The notes beneath the pieces were generated by a model. It did no database searches. It saw only the letters and a list, made by a program, of their open reading frames with translations, and was not told where the DNA came from. The position numbers were made by a program, and so were the translations under genes. Below are positions 13,076 through 26,313 of a stretch of DNA of 64,000 nt, one piece after another. The stretch lies in contig NC_087251.1 in NCBI RefSeq assembly GCF_037042905.1, forward strand, positions 24,988,001 to 25,052,000, written 5' to 3'. The DNA is from Lytechinus pictus (taxonomy: Eukaryota). Each line of letters opens with the position of its first letter. Position 1 is the stretch's first letter.

Positions 13076-13769
13076 TAATATCAAGTGACTTGAAAGTATA
13101 AAGAAAGGGCCGAACATGGAACGACCTTTCAGAAAGTGTTCAGGGATTTTCGCACTTTTCCCGATCATTCCTAACTATTCGAGGATAATAATTTATTAAA
13201 GTATCTTAATATTCAAATTTTCCAAATATTAACAATTACTGACAATTTCCACGGTGTATCCATTATTATTTCTTCCTATGGACAATGGAGCCAACCTTTT
13301 GTTTAACGAGCAGAGATCTAAAAGAGGAAAATTATCTCTGAAAATGCCTATGCCATTTTTTATATCACAGAACATATTTTATGCATTTAGAATAATTCAT
13401 AGATATGTAAAAGATTCGTTATGAAAGCACAACATTTATGCTTCTTAAAATTACAAGAAAAAGCTCAATTTGAATTGATTTTTTAACATAATGTCGATAT
13501 TCTTCATCTTGTATGATCATTTCTTCACACACAAAAAAAGCATCATTAATGTTTCGAAATGATGATGCCAAGTTCTTTCACGTGTAAAATACAAGGGTGT
13601 GGTTGGCTCATCTTGCTAAACATCAAAACAAATTTGTAATGCCACATTGTAAAATAAACAATATCAGTTATATTTTACCCAAAGATTTGGCATGAATCAA
13701 CATTACACATTATTGAGCAATAATATTGTTTGACTAACAAAAACTAGAATCAACGAAAATATTTATGTG

Positions 13770-13971
13770 CACTCTAAAAAACACTGAGTAAAATTTTACC
13801 CAATTTTGGGTAGAAAGGGAAGATGCATATTTGCTGGGTTTTTTTTTACCCCATATTGGGATATTTCAACGCAACATTGCGGAAAATTTACAAAATATTG
13901 GAAATCTTTTTACCCAACCAAAATGCATGTTCAAATTTTACCCAATATTGGGTAGACCTTTTTTTAGAGTG
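13770..13971. mobile_element. MITE, CACTCTAAAAA...TTTTTAGAGTG family
   Basis: Terminal inverted repeats and internal TTACCCAA/TTGGGTAA subrepeats. Relatives at 14396, 21012 and 23882. Confidence 0.75.
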
Positions 13972-14395
13972 TATATACACAAAGTTGGTAAAATAATTAA
14001 CCTAAAGCTCGGTACTCAACAAATTTTATTTTTTTAACCAAAACTTTGGTAAAAATTGTTACCACTAAGATATGAAAAATCTCCATGTTTTTATTTTAAT
14101 ATAAGTTGGTTTTGACCAATAAATGTTAATATTTTCACCTATATTACCACCAAATGTGATGAATGCAAACTAATGTGGATTTTCTTTAACATTGTCATTA
14201 ATCTTTCTGTTGCAATTATTTTGAGCCTAACAACGCGTGTTTAGCAGGATTGATACGGTAAGCGTGTCAATTTGTCATATTCGTGATAGATATATTGTTA
14301 TCATCAAATGAAAATTAGATATTGATGAATTTTATTGATTTCATGTTAGTCCATGCATATCAATATTATTTGATGAATAATTTACTCTATATATT

Positions 14396-14639
14396 TACTC
14401 TAAAATCAGTTTGCCCAATATTGGGTAAACAAGGAACATGCATGTTTGTTGTTGTTTTTTTGGTTGGGCAAAATGCAACCAAATATTGTGTATCAGTTAT
14501 TTGCACAATTTCTTTGAAATTTATCCATAAAACATGCATTTCGCATAATGTGGGACAAAATCTTACATTGTACCTGACAAACATGCATCTTCCATTTTTA
14601 CACAATACTGAGTAAATTTTACTTAATCTTTTAAGAGTG
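14396..14639. mobile_element. MITE, CACTCT family (inverted relative to the 13770 copy)
   Basis: TACTCTAAAA...TTTTAAGAGTG ends. Shares CCCAATATTGGGTAAA and CTGAGTAAA segments with the 13770 copy. Confidence 0.65.
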
Positions 14640-15671
14640 TTGATTACTAACTTACACATTAATATGATTGTTTGTGCTCATTTGGATATTATGATCTAAG
14701 TTGTATTTTACACATAACCCGAAATCTATATAATTTTATAGGCCTTCAACCTTGCTCATTTTTGTACACAAATTAATAGGGATTAAATGAAATAGTATCG
14801 ATCCCCCAAAACCGCAATATAAGTAAAATCTCCATGTCAGTAAATTTATGAAAGCTTATGAGTAAAAAGAAGGACGTCCCGTCTGTGAGAAGGTCGTGCC
14901 TTCTCACCTATGCCGAATCAGAAGGCGGAGAAGTCAACCGCCAGGCCGCTCTGAGAGCTCGTGCTCAGTGAGAAAGAAAAATAATTTCAAGTTTCTCTAT
15001 TATATCTATACATCTAGCAAATAATAGATTTTCGATAAGATTTGATGTAAAAGATAAGGTATATAGATAATTCGTGAGGGGGGGGTGACCTGACAAGGAT
15101 GCAGTTCATGATTACGGAGGTTTGACAAAAATCTAATGTTTGAATACCCCAAATGTTCGATGTTCCAAACTGTTTATTAGTTCCATTCTGAAAGCGAGAA
15201 AATAAGAAAGTTCGTTATTGCGAAGTTACGCTAATCCAAAATTTAAGTAATGTTTGTATAGGTAACAAGTTATTTTTGTAACGAACTTTCGGACACTCTT
15301 GGTCTACGCAATTTGCTTGTGTTTGAAATAAAGATCTTCGGAATAGGGAACTTTCTAAATAACGAACCTTTTAAAAAAGCCAGCGTATAATTATGTCTAG
15401 TTTTTTCCTCATTATTTTCATACAACATTCATTGAACACAGCCTTTTCAACTCTCCTTTTCTTCTTTATTTTTGCCCCCGTAATCCTCCTTTGATTTATA
15501 TTGTGGTATACTATCATGCAGGGCGCTTAATATGGGCGTTTCTACATGTTCTAAGCCCGTTGTTTTCTGTTTACACCTTTAAATACGGTACATGTATAAC
15601 AAAATGAAACTGCATACAAAAATCATTAAAACAATTCATGAAGCAAAATTTAATAATACTGAAAATCAAAC

Positions 15672-15799
15672 CCAGGGCCCGTAACACAAAGGTTAGCAAT
15701 TATCGTATAACATTTTTTTTACGATTGATTGCAATGCACAATCAATCGTTAAAATCAAGCGTACGATCAATCGCTAACCTTTGTGTTACGGGACCCTGG
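15672..15799. mobile_element. Short palindromic MITE
   Basis: CCAGGGCCCGTAACACAAAGGTTAGC...GCTAACCTTTGTGTTACGGGACCCTGG. Confidence 0.8.
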
Positions 15800-15826
15800 T
15801 GTGCATATGTTTTGCCAAACATTTAA

Positions 15827-16444
15827 AGGTCAAGTCCACCCCAGAAAACTGTTGATTTGAATAAATAGAGAAAAATCTAACTAGCAAACACTGAAAATTT
15901 TATCAAAATCGGATGAAAAATAAGAAAGTTATGACTTTTAATGTCTCGCTTATTTTTCACATATAACAGTGATATTATGTACAATTCAGTGATATGCAAA
16001 TGAGACAGTCGATGATGTCCCTCACTCACTATTTCTTTTGTTTTTTATTGTTTGAATTATACAATATTTCTTTTTTTTTTACAGATTTTACAATAAGGAC
16101 CAACTTCACTGAACCATATAGTATTAAACAATGTTAGTTCCACATGTTCAGGGAGGAATTAATAATTGTTTCACTTGACAATGAGGAGAAACTTAGAAGA
16201 TTTCATATTTCATAATAATATTATAATAAAATACAAAAGAAATAGTGAGTGGATGATGTCATCATTCTCTTCATTTGCATACCGAACAGGATGTGCATAT
16301 AACTGTTTTGTGAAATTAAGTGAAACTTTAAAATGTCATAACTATCTTATTTTACATCCGATTTTGATGAAATTTTCAGTTTTATGCTCGTTGGATTTTT
16401 CTCTTTTTATTCAAATTAACTTTTTGTTGGGGTGGACTTGTCCT
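15827..16444. mobile_element. Non-autonomous TTAA-target DNA element (Kolobok-like MITE)
   Basis: TTAA|AGGTCAAGTCCACCCC...GGGGTGGACTTGTCCT|TTAA, long imperfect inverted arms. Other copies at 46914 and ~37915. Confidence 0.85.
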
Positions 16445-19400
16445 TTAAGTTTTATCCATCTGAGTGGTAAGAAACAGATATTTGGTCATGATATGAAAAT
16501 ACGAAATCAGAATGAATGATCGGATCGTGGTAGGGTCCATTTGTAATAGGTCCATGATCGGATGAAGCAATGTGAAGAATCTTGTTATTTATTTGTTATT
16601 TGGAGCAGAAAATTATTCTGTTTGATTAATTTTGAACATAGAAATTTCAATGATTCAACATCTTCATCTGCAAAAGCAAGCATTGTTACGCTCATGTTTT
16701 TTAATGTAATTTTTATTCATGGTATTAATATGTCACTATATATTTATATAACAGCCTATGTGTTAATTGCTCTTATCCTGTATAATTATGTTTAAGTAAA
16801 TGAATGAATAAATTATTCATGTTATTCTCATAGGATGTCCATTGTTTATTATTGATGTATCAAAATGTTGCGCAAAGTGTTGTAGTATATGTGGCTGTTG
16901 TCAAAATTCGCCAAATTGGAATGAAAATCTGTTGTTCCTTTTTAGACATCAAACCAATGATTGCATTGTGATTTCTCTTTTGGGGAGCAGGAAGCTGCAT
17001 GTAGCCCTACCAGAATTCACAAAAAAGGATATTTTCAAATAATTTGTATCTTAAGAACTCGCATCTATTTATTTTTGTCTCCATGGACTCAGAAGGGAAT
17101 ACATCGAGAAACTATCAATCACTAAATCTGTTACAGAATTATTTTAAGACCCTTTTCTAGATCCTAGAGTTTAGTCAGTGTGCACCATATAAGACTGACA
17201 GTTGTTGATTTCATAATCTGCTTTTACTTTATTTCATAACATTTGGTATATATTTATTGCGCCACTGATGGAAAACAATAATGATGTTCTTTAAAGTACA
17301 TGTATACTTAGACTGAGTGGATCTTTGCCCAAACTTCCTGCTTTCTTCAAAAATCATTAATCGACGCAAACGTGTCTAATTTGGGGCTTTCCCTATGTCT
17401 TTGGAGATTAATTTATAATGGAAGATATCATTCTCAACATGATTACTTTAGCATGTTGAACATTAAAGCAGAAATGATATTATGTCTTAATTTTGCCTGA
17501 TATTTCATGGGATATGTGGGTGTGTATAAATAAAGATTTATTAGTAATTTGTATATTTGGGAACATTTTCTCTTTTTTTCAATAAAATAATATATTATTA
17601 GAACCATTTTCGTACAGATGGGCATGCCCCTTAAAAAAATCACGACCAAGATAAAATGAGAAAACTATAAAGGACAGAAAATTATATAATCTATCACAAA
17701 ATTCAAATTTCGTATCAAAAGTGTCAAAATATTTGTCGCTTCGCTCGCTCACAGCTTAGTAAAAATTGTTGCCCCATATACGCCGTGTCTGGTCCCCTCA
17801 AAATGTTTGGCTCGTTATATGAAACGGATTGGAACTGCAGACACGAGCAGGATGTTAAACTTGAATGGCATTTCCGTTGTTTTATTGGTATATTTATTTT
17901 TTATGGGATAATAATCCAATTCATATTTTATTGTTCGAAACAGAAATCAGAAAACAAAATCCTTCGAAAATTCGTTTTGCCTAATTGATCGTGGGCCCAG
18001 CAACACGAGCACCACCAGATCGACGTTTCTCTATTCCTTAAACAGTTGAACTCCAAAAATTGTATAACAGCAGGATATATAGACCTTAAATTTTTGAAAA
18101 ATGTTATAGTGAAACGATGCAAACAATAATTTTTGTAAATCATCAGCCAAATCCCCTCGTTTTAATTTTAACCCCCAAAAGCTTTTTATTGAGTCAAAAA
18201 TAATTTCAAAATATACACAAGTAGAAATTATTACACTAAATGAATGATGAACTCAAACAATACTTAACATTTCTCTCAAGTAAGAAAATAAGAATGAAGT
18301 GACATCCATTTAGTATCAAATTGTTAAACAATCCCGATATAGAACTAATATTTCTCTCATTTTCATCTTAAATCCCCTTATTTTAATCAGATTTTGTACC
18401 TCAGAAAGCGTGATTACAAGGATACTCTGTCAGTAATAATGTGGACAAGTGTTCGAACATGTCGAATGCAAGTCATAGTCTTGAATCCATCTTCCGATTG
18501 CTACCTAACAAGTATTCGACAAAATGTAGATAGCATGCAGTCCGGTAAAAAAAATATCACCAAACAAGAAGGTTTCTGTTTTTTCCCCTAGAATCAATCA
18601 CAGATAAAACGTAAAGTTCTCCATCAAACGATATGGAATTCTGTCTAAATATTCCGAAATAAAAAAGTATTTGATATTCATTTAGTTGCTTACATTTAAA
18701 TTTCATGTTCATGAATTCAGTTAAGATTTTTTTTAATGTGTTTTTATAGATTTGTGAATAATAAACAAACACACAATAGTTATATATTATGATACAGTTT
18801 TAAACTCATTTTGTAAGATAAAATTTAAGACAAAATGGAGTCGGGAATCCATGCATGGTGAAAATATCTTTGTTCTGAATTTTTGGCGATCAATTTAATG
18901 CTCCGAATCATAATTATGTCCAGTGCTGATGACTAGGGTTTTAGCAAAAGAAAAAAAATTAAGAGAGGAAAAAAAAGGGAGGGGGATAGAATAAAATGGC
19001 AGGAAACCTTCAACTTAAACGAGTATACATAGCCTAGATTTCGCATTTGATACCTTTGTATTTGACCTAGTTCACTGATTAAACTTATCGATGTGGCAAA
19101 CCAAGACTGATAGATCGTGAGGACAGAAAACTGTATATTAAATTGAATAAATGCGATGACTAAGATAGAGACCACACTTGTTGGTAAGGGAGTGAATTTC
19201 CATTCTTAAAAAATGATACGAAGAAACTGTTTTATTTCATTTTTTTTTTTACTTACCTACAACAAAACGAAAGCTGATATATTTCTGGTGATTTAAATGC
19301 AATTACATTAAGCAGTGGACATCGACGAGTGAACCCATTTAGTTTTTATAAATTAACAGAAAATACGATTATGCATGAACATAAAAGTAGCGACTAATCG

Positions 19401-20209
19401 CAAAGATGTATTCAGCGGAAATGCGGTATGGAATCAAATAACAATGTCGAGTGAAGCGATGAATTATGAATAAATTATCATTATGTTCCTGCATGATTAT
19501 ATTTCTTGTGGTCATTTGCGGAAACTATTTGATTCACTACATAGTTCGGTTATTCCGAATATACAGTGTTCATCGAGGGTAATTTAACGGCCAATTCCGG
19601 TTTCATTGAAAACTCAAGAAGTGGACGTTTCATTGTCGATCTTGGAAGGATCAATTAAAATTACACCATTTTGTGTCATTACCATGATAAAGAATCAATC
19701 AACGTATGAGTGACAAGTATATGCCTATTATATGTGTAGGCGTGTGCTATATAGCAAACATTGAAGTGATTCTTTAAAAATGCAGGAATATTAATGATAT
19801 TGACACACCATTATTGTTCATATTGTATGAGAATCATAAATTTGTTGGTAAATTTTATACGCGCCCTTTCACGCCCATAGTGATTCATCTCGCCCCTCCC
19901 GTAAAGTGATGAGTAAATTCTTGGCTGTGATTGTATTGCTCCTCTCTATCAATGATCATTATTTTTATGGAATACTACGGATTGTAGTATTACATCAAGA
20001 ATGTAATAGTTGTATTTATATGACTGTTATTGCAGATTTACTTCTTATACATATACCTTTATAGTTTGAAGAAAAATAATAATAAAGAGTAGTATGCGTT
20101 GGAAAGTGAATAAAAACAAAAACATGGTAGTATTTTCAAATTTGCTCACAAACACAATTGCTGCCCATGCCTTGAGTAACAATATGGAAACGATTGTTTA
20201 TTGTGCATT

Positions 20210-20710
20210 TATACACGTGAGCAAGCAGGCTACTGAGCGGGGCGACTCAAAAATCCCGCGTATTTAGCTGCTGGATACAATAGACTATACATTAAGAACA
20301 TTTGCATATAGCGAGCTTATCGTTGCTACGGGCTGTTTGACGTCATCGTGTCGTCCGTGCTTCTGTCTGATAGCTCTTCATAGCAACCATGTAATCTCTC
20401 ATTGTGACGTCAAGCTTATCCGTTTCAGTACACCAGCAGCGTCGAGTGTGCTTGTAGTAAAACTATTAACGTATTGTGCTGGTACAATGACTCGTTCCTT
20501 CCAAAAGATGACATCATTTTTCCATTGCCGGTGCGGAAAGTTTTCAGGACAGTCAAAGCATCCTGGATGGGAGGGACATGGATGACGTCATGTTTCTCGT
20601 CTTTCTTTGGACATCGTCCAATAAAACCATGAATGAACCTGTCAAATCCGACGGTGTTGTTTACCTGTGGTTTATTTTTAGAACTGATCTCGCAAAAGCA
20701 CGTGGAATTG
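20210..20710. promoter_or_regulatory. Intronic CRE/E-box cluster (candidate enhancer or alternative promoter)
   Basis: TGACGTCA at 20338, 20405 and 20583; TGACATCA at 20509; CACGTG at 20214 and 20699; locally CpG-rich. Confidence 0.6.
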
Positions 20711-21011
20711 TTGTCAGTGGTTGAATTGAACATGGACCTACTACTCTAGTAGGTCCATGAATTGAAGGACTGAGATAAAAAATTTCCACACTTCGACCCC
20801 TCCCGGTTTTCAAGGAATGGAAAATGATAGTCAACCTATACATTTCAAATGTCATGATTATGGGTGTGATATACATTGTGATTGATAAAAATAATCTATT
20901 TATCAATGGTTTCTTGAGGCTTCGAAAATCTTTATGACATTACTATCTGGGGGTAGCTATAATTTATATAGCTTTATTACTGCGGTATAAGTATATGGTC
21001 ATGATGATGTA

Positions 21012-21275
21012 CACTGTAAAAATATTTGGTAAAATGTTTACCACCACGAGGGTAATATTATGTGTCCAACCGATTTGGGGGGCAGTATTTTACCCGATGC
21101 GGGAAACATAATTATTATTGTCCAGTATAAGGTTAAAAAATAAACAGCAATTACTTAAGAATGGGCAAATTTTCATCACGCTGGATAAATAAAAATGCCC
21201 CAAAGAAATGCCCAATGTTGGCTGGACACATAATTACCCTCATTGAGCGCTTTTACCCAATATTTTTTTAGAGTG
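21012..21275. mobile_element. MITE, CACT family with TA flanks
   Basis: TA|CACTGTAAAAA...TTTTTAGAGTG|TA. Confidence 0.75.
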
Positions 21276-21837
21276 TAGTCCGTCCACATGACATTTAACT
21301 AAGTACATTTTATCACTGATTTCAGCATTATCTGAAATTTGTGATTTTCATTATGTCGTCGTAACGAAATTGTTCTTTTGACATTTTCTGTGACTGTTTT
21401 AGAAGCCATTAACTAATCTAGCAAGCATGAGCTTGAGCTTCGATTAATAGAAAAGTGATTGGAGAGATAACTCGTATGTTCCATTTAGCTAAATTTCTGA
21501 CCACAGAGCTTCAGAAAAATCCATTAATTCCATCCAGGTCCTTATTATTATTTTTTTTTACTATTGCTCAACCACTAACCCACCTGGCATTCGTAACCAC
21601 GGTAACGAATTGTTGTTACTTGTGAAGCTGGTATTGTTTTTTTTTACCGTGAAAGATTTCTGCATTGATTTTGAAAGAGAGATCAATATGCCTAAAACAT
21701 AATGTGATAATAACCGACAGCTTTCATGTGATTTTGATTTTTTTAAAACTCCCTTTTATGTGCTTTAACTATAATTCTGCCAACATGATTTTTTTTCTTC
21801 TAACATAATATCAATATATTGATCCTCCTTTATACAG

Positions 21838-21941
21838 CTTTGAACCTTGGACTGTAATCACTCAGCAGGAATCGATGGGGCTGTACTCGAAATCCCATGT
21901 CGAACACAATTCACCCAAGGAACAACACACTTTATCTATAG
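21838..21941 (+). CDS. ATF3: ATF3-like bZIP gene, coding exon 2 (FEPWTVITQQESMGLYSKSHVEHNSPKEQHTLSI)
   Basis: Pyrimidine tract plus TACAG acceptor, 104-nt open frame, ATAG|GTAAAA donor in phase 1 matching the phase-1 acceptor at 22715. Contains an in-frame ATG as an alternative start. Confidence 0.7.
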
Positions 21942-22714
21942 GTAAAACAATGAATTAAATACCCCCTCCATCAGGAGAATTACAAAAGCGAGGGCGTAAA
22001 AAAACCAAACAAACAAATAAAACTTGAAATATCACATCTATATTCCGGGGATGTGTCCACCGTTTCTACACAAATGCGGATATACCACATCCATAATTGA
22101 TTATAAGGCGTAAAAGTAAATAAGATTTTAGTTTTGTTGATGATTAATGAAGAATTTCTTTACTATACAATTCCGGGTACGGATTATCAATTTTGTAAAC
22201 TTTTACCTATTTAGTTTAGGTACACATTCTCGCATGTCGACAGTGTGAATCATTGTGAATGGTTTGCGGCAACTTAACGACCTATACTTTCAAAATGTGT
22301 TCTCAGTCTACAGATATGGGGCTTGGGAGGCCATGGACCCCAAAAAACTTCCACGACCAAGAAATAAAAGGGAGAAAAGGAAAGAAAAAGTAATGGAAAG
22401 TCATATTATTTTCTGAATATTAGGTTAAAATCTATCACGAAATTCGATTTTTGTGTAAAAAAGCTCGAGATTCGTGTTCGCTCGCTCCCTTCGCTTTCTC
22501 GCACTCTTTTTAGAACAATTGCCCCTATTTTGGGGCCCATTACGCTTTATACTGTTTTTCAATATTCATGAAATTTGAATTTTCGGTTTATATTTCGATT
22601 GGTGACTATGATTCTGCTCAAAGTTCGTATATATATATAGCCTGCAATTTAACTGTCAAAAATTTATTGTCGAGGTGTTATTCATTAATTATTTTCTATA
22701 TTTAATCCCTGCAG

Positions 22715-23184
22715 ATTTAGAAGATATGATGAAAGGAAGTGGGCAATCCAGTCCACAGCGTGCTAGTATTACATCAAGCAGTATCAGTAATACCCCGCCC
22801 ACCACCCCACTAACACCCGGTACTCCTTTAAGTGGTCCGGGTACGCCTATCATACCCACTGGATCGCCATCTATTGCCTCCCAGTCACCACTTGGACCTC
22901 CCACCACGCCAAGCTACCCAGGACCATATCGACATCGACTTCCATCGTTCACGGAGAGCGACTCGCAATCGTCGACCCGCGACACGCTGTCAGACGATGC
23001 CGCCTCGCCGTCGGACTCGCAAAGCGACGTCGCATCTGTAGGAAGCGGTAGTACGGCTGAATGGGTGAACTTTGACATCACCCCTCTTGTTAAGAAGGAG
23101 CTCAAGGATGCCATCATTACGAGGAGAAAGACAAGAGGGTTACCCGATGTCAGAGTCGATTTTACTCCACGACTTCCAGACAAG
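22715..23184 (+). CDS. ATF3: ATF3-like bZIP gene, coding exon 3 (Ser/Pro/Thr-rich region plus ATF3-type TPLVKKELKDAI motif)
   Basis: CCCTGCAG acceptor, GC-richer open frame (ORF 22675..23283), AAG|GTGATA donor in phase 0. ITPLVKKELKDAII resembles the ATF3 N-terminal motif TPFVKEELRFAI. Confidence 0.88.
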
Positions 23185-23881
23185 GTGATAATCTATTATA
23201 TGCTAAAAAAAAGATGTTTGAAGAAAAAATCTGTAGTTGTGATCGGAGTGCTTTATATTATGTTGGAAATCAATCGTCCATAAAATTTTTACCGTAGAAT
23301 TAAGGTCAACATATCGGATGGAAAGGCACCAACAAGTAATCGATATTGATTCCCCCTCCAAAAACACACTAGAGCGCACAGTGTTATCATAACATTCTAC
23401 AACTTATGATATTATTTTGTTTCTCCTCTATCGTCTCATGCATTTTCAAAACACATATTGAGAAGGAATTCCCCGACTATGGGAAGACAAAAAATATACC
23501 CAGCCAGTATATGATTATCTTTTAAAAAAAAAGCTTAACGAAAACGAAATGGGTGTATAGCGATGTCGAGGTAACCCCTATACGAAAAACAGCATTTGCT
23601 GATACGCTTTTCCATCCCACGAGTGGTAAATGACAATAAAAAGAAACGTGCGAAACGCGAGACTACCTTGAAGTGCTTGAGGTGTTAACAATACAAGTGA
23701 CGTCATCAATGCTAGCTATTATGTAACGTATTGTATTCTGTATATCATCAAAGACGAGTGGTCTGTACAGGTCGAGTGGGATTTTCCGTTCGGCGTTAAA
23801 ATGTTTTGTATTGTTACTGTCAAGCTAATCGTGATGACTGACAACAATGACAATAGACAGTATACAGTCTGAAGGTATATA

Positions 23882-24107
23882 CACTCTTAAAAAGGTTGGG
23901 CAAAAATGCCAAATTATTAACCATCACTGGGCGACATACTGTCCACACAACTATTGGTTAAATCTGTCTAAATTGGGTAATAAAAACTATTAATTGGGTT
24001 AATAAATTTGCTCAATTGGATAATAATTGTCCAGAATATATATATTTTTTTACCAACATACATTACCCAACCCAGTGGACAGTATGTTGCCCAACATTTT
24101 AAGTGTG
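23882..24107. mobile_element. MITE, CACT family with TA flanks
   Basis: TA|CACTCTTAAAAA...TTTTAAGTGTG|TA, with internal inverted repeat CATACTGTCCAC/GTGGACAGTATG. Confidence 0.75.
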
Positions 24108-24149
24108 TATGGAAAAAAGGAGACAACAGGGGCGGCCTTATGGGATAAG

Positions 24150-25920
24150 TCCGCTAGCCATTAGGACCGGTATTCATAACGTGTAATTTCCTATACTCGA
24201 AGGTTCGCTAATCATAAAATGGAAGTGAGGTCTCTCGTCATACTCTAAGTACCATAAGTCACAAGGTGCGATATTCATAATGCGGGATGAGGGACGTTAA
24301 TCGACATGAGGCCATTTACTCATAAGAATCGCAACTAATCAACAAAGTGGGTCGATCGCTAGTCATGAAACTAAAAGATGGTTGATACTCATAACAAGGC
24401 AAAAGCGATTTAGTGTCTCGCCCACTTATGAATATCACCAGAAATGTCGTGATTTGCGAGGGCACGCAACAGAATTGCATCGAAACTTCATTGTGAAATG
24501 ACTGGGATGGAATAACACTTGTCATAAGAGACTTGCGCGTAAACTTTAATGTTGACCTGAAAATGACCTTTGACCTAATCATGTGACCTCCGACTGCAGC
24601 ATAACATGCACGTCCCCCAAGTCCATCTACCATCCAAGTATGGTTGAAAAGCGACTTACGGTTGTGGAGTTATGTGTCATTAGGTTTGTGACGGACGGAC
24701 GACATTTGGATCCCTATATGTCTCGCCTTCACCTCTGGTGGGCGAGACAAAAAGGAAAAGGGTTCATTAATCATAAGGACCGCTATTCATAAACCCACTA
24801 GAGTATAGCTAAACATAACAGAAGGGGGTCGCTATATAGTCGTATTAGCATAAAAATTTTCGCTAGTCATAATAGTAGAAAGGGTCAGTAGTCATAAGAA
24901 GAAGAGAATCGCTAGTCGTAATAGTAGAAAAGGGTCGCTAGTCATGATAGTAGATGAGGGTCGCCAGTCATAACAGGAGAAAAGGGTATCTAGTCATAAT
25001 AGGAGTGTCGCTAATCATAATAGAAAAAATGCCCACCTTTCAATCCTGGACAAATATATTTCCGTCGACGGTTAAAGATATTATTTAATTTATGTGTGTT
25101 TTTATATGGAAAACATACAGTAAGATTGAAAAAAAAATTGCGAGCCCCCCCAAAAAAATACGTATTGATGTGGGTCAAAGCGACTCGGTATACTTCTCAC
25201 TTCCATGCAAGGCAGAGGTGATGCAAAACAAATTATGATAATCATATAGAAAAACAGCTTTAGAATAAGATCCTGGTTCCATAGGCGGATCCAGGGGACT
25301 CGAAGCGGCAGTCCACACTATTGGCCGAGCAAAAAAAGTGACGGAAAAAAGGAAATAAAGAAGGAATATAAATGCAGAAGAAAGATAAAAGGAGATAGAA
25401 AAGTGAAAGAAATTAGAGGGGAATAACGATAAAAAAAACTGAAAAAGAATAATAACATTAACATATTAATGGCATATAAGTTCAGCGTATTTTAATCAAC
25501 GAAATGTAACATGTTTCTGTTCTTATGACTGGCGACCCTCTTCTACTATTATGAATCGCAACCCTCTTCTACTATTATAACTGGCGACCTTCTTCTACTA
25601 TTATGACTAGCAACCCTCTTCTACTATTATAACTGGCGACCTTCTTCTACTATTATGACTAGCAACCCTCTTCTACTATTATAACTGGCGACCTTCTTCT
25701 ACTATTATGACTAGCAACCCTCTTCTACTATTATGACTATCGAACCTCTTCTACTATTATGACCGGTAACCCTCTTCTGCTATTATTTCTATCGAACCTC
25801 TTCTACCATGTCTACTATTATGACTGAATAGTGAACCCTTTTCCTTGTTATGACTAACGACCCTCTATTGACCCTTATGACTAGCGATCCTTAGGCGGCT
25901 CTTATATGACCAGCGGATGG
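24150..25920. repeat. Two oppositely oriented arrays of a ~26-bp unit (foldback-type element) in intron 3 of the bZIP gene
   Basis: GTCGCTAGTCATAATAGTAGAAGAGG-like units at ~24150-25020 and their reverse complement CTCTTCTACTATTATGACTAGCAACC at ~25520-25920. Confidence 0.8.
24393..24753 (-). mobile_element. Helentron-associated (HINE/DINE-like) non-autonomous element
   Basis: On the - strand: TTTTT-GTCTCGCCCAC start with local hairpin, (GTCC)n microsatellite, AGGTCAAAGGTCA core, subterminal GTGGGCGAGAC, and CTTGTT end. Confidence 0.7.
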
Positions 25921-26313
25921 ATAAAAGTTTATATCTCATTTTTTCTCAATTAAAGAATTATAATGACCCAGACCTTTTTTCCATACCGTTCTCTTTTATC
26001 TTTTCTCCTCTCCCTTTTTTTAATTTTTTTTCTCCAGTACTTGAAAATCAAAGGAGGCAGTCACCCCCTGCAAACGAATGGTCCCCTCCTCATTAAAAAA
26101 ATATCTTGCTCAAATCCCGTAGATCTATGTTTCTTATACCAGGAAAAACAGCAACTTCAATTTTCTTTTAGTGGGCATATTTTTATGTATATTTTATCTC
26201 ATAACCTTTATTGTTGCATATACTTTGTCCTGAACATATTATAATTTTCGTCGAATTTTCATATTGTATTTATTCTTAAATTCTATTGTCCCTTATTTCT
26301 ATGTTTTATGTAG

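Noticed and set aside
25520..25800. Regular 26-bp repeats resembling a CRISPR array
   Set aside because: Units are contiguous with no unique spacers, there are no cas genes, and the context is a eukaryotic intron.
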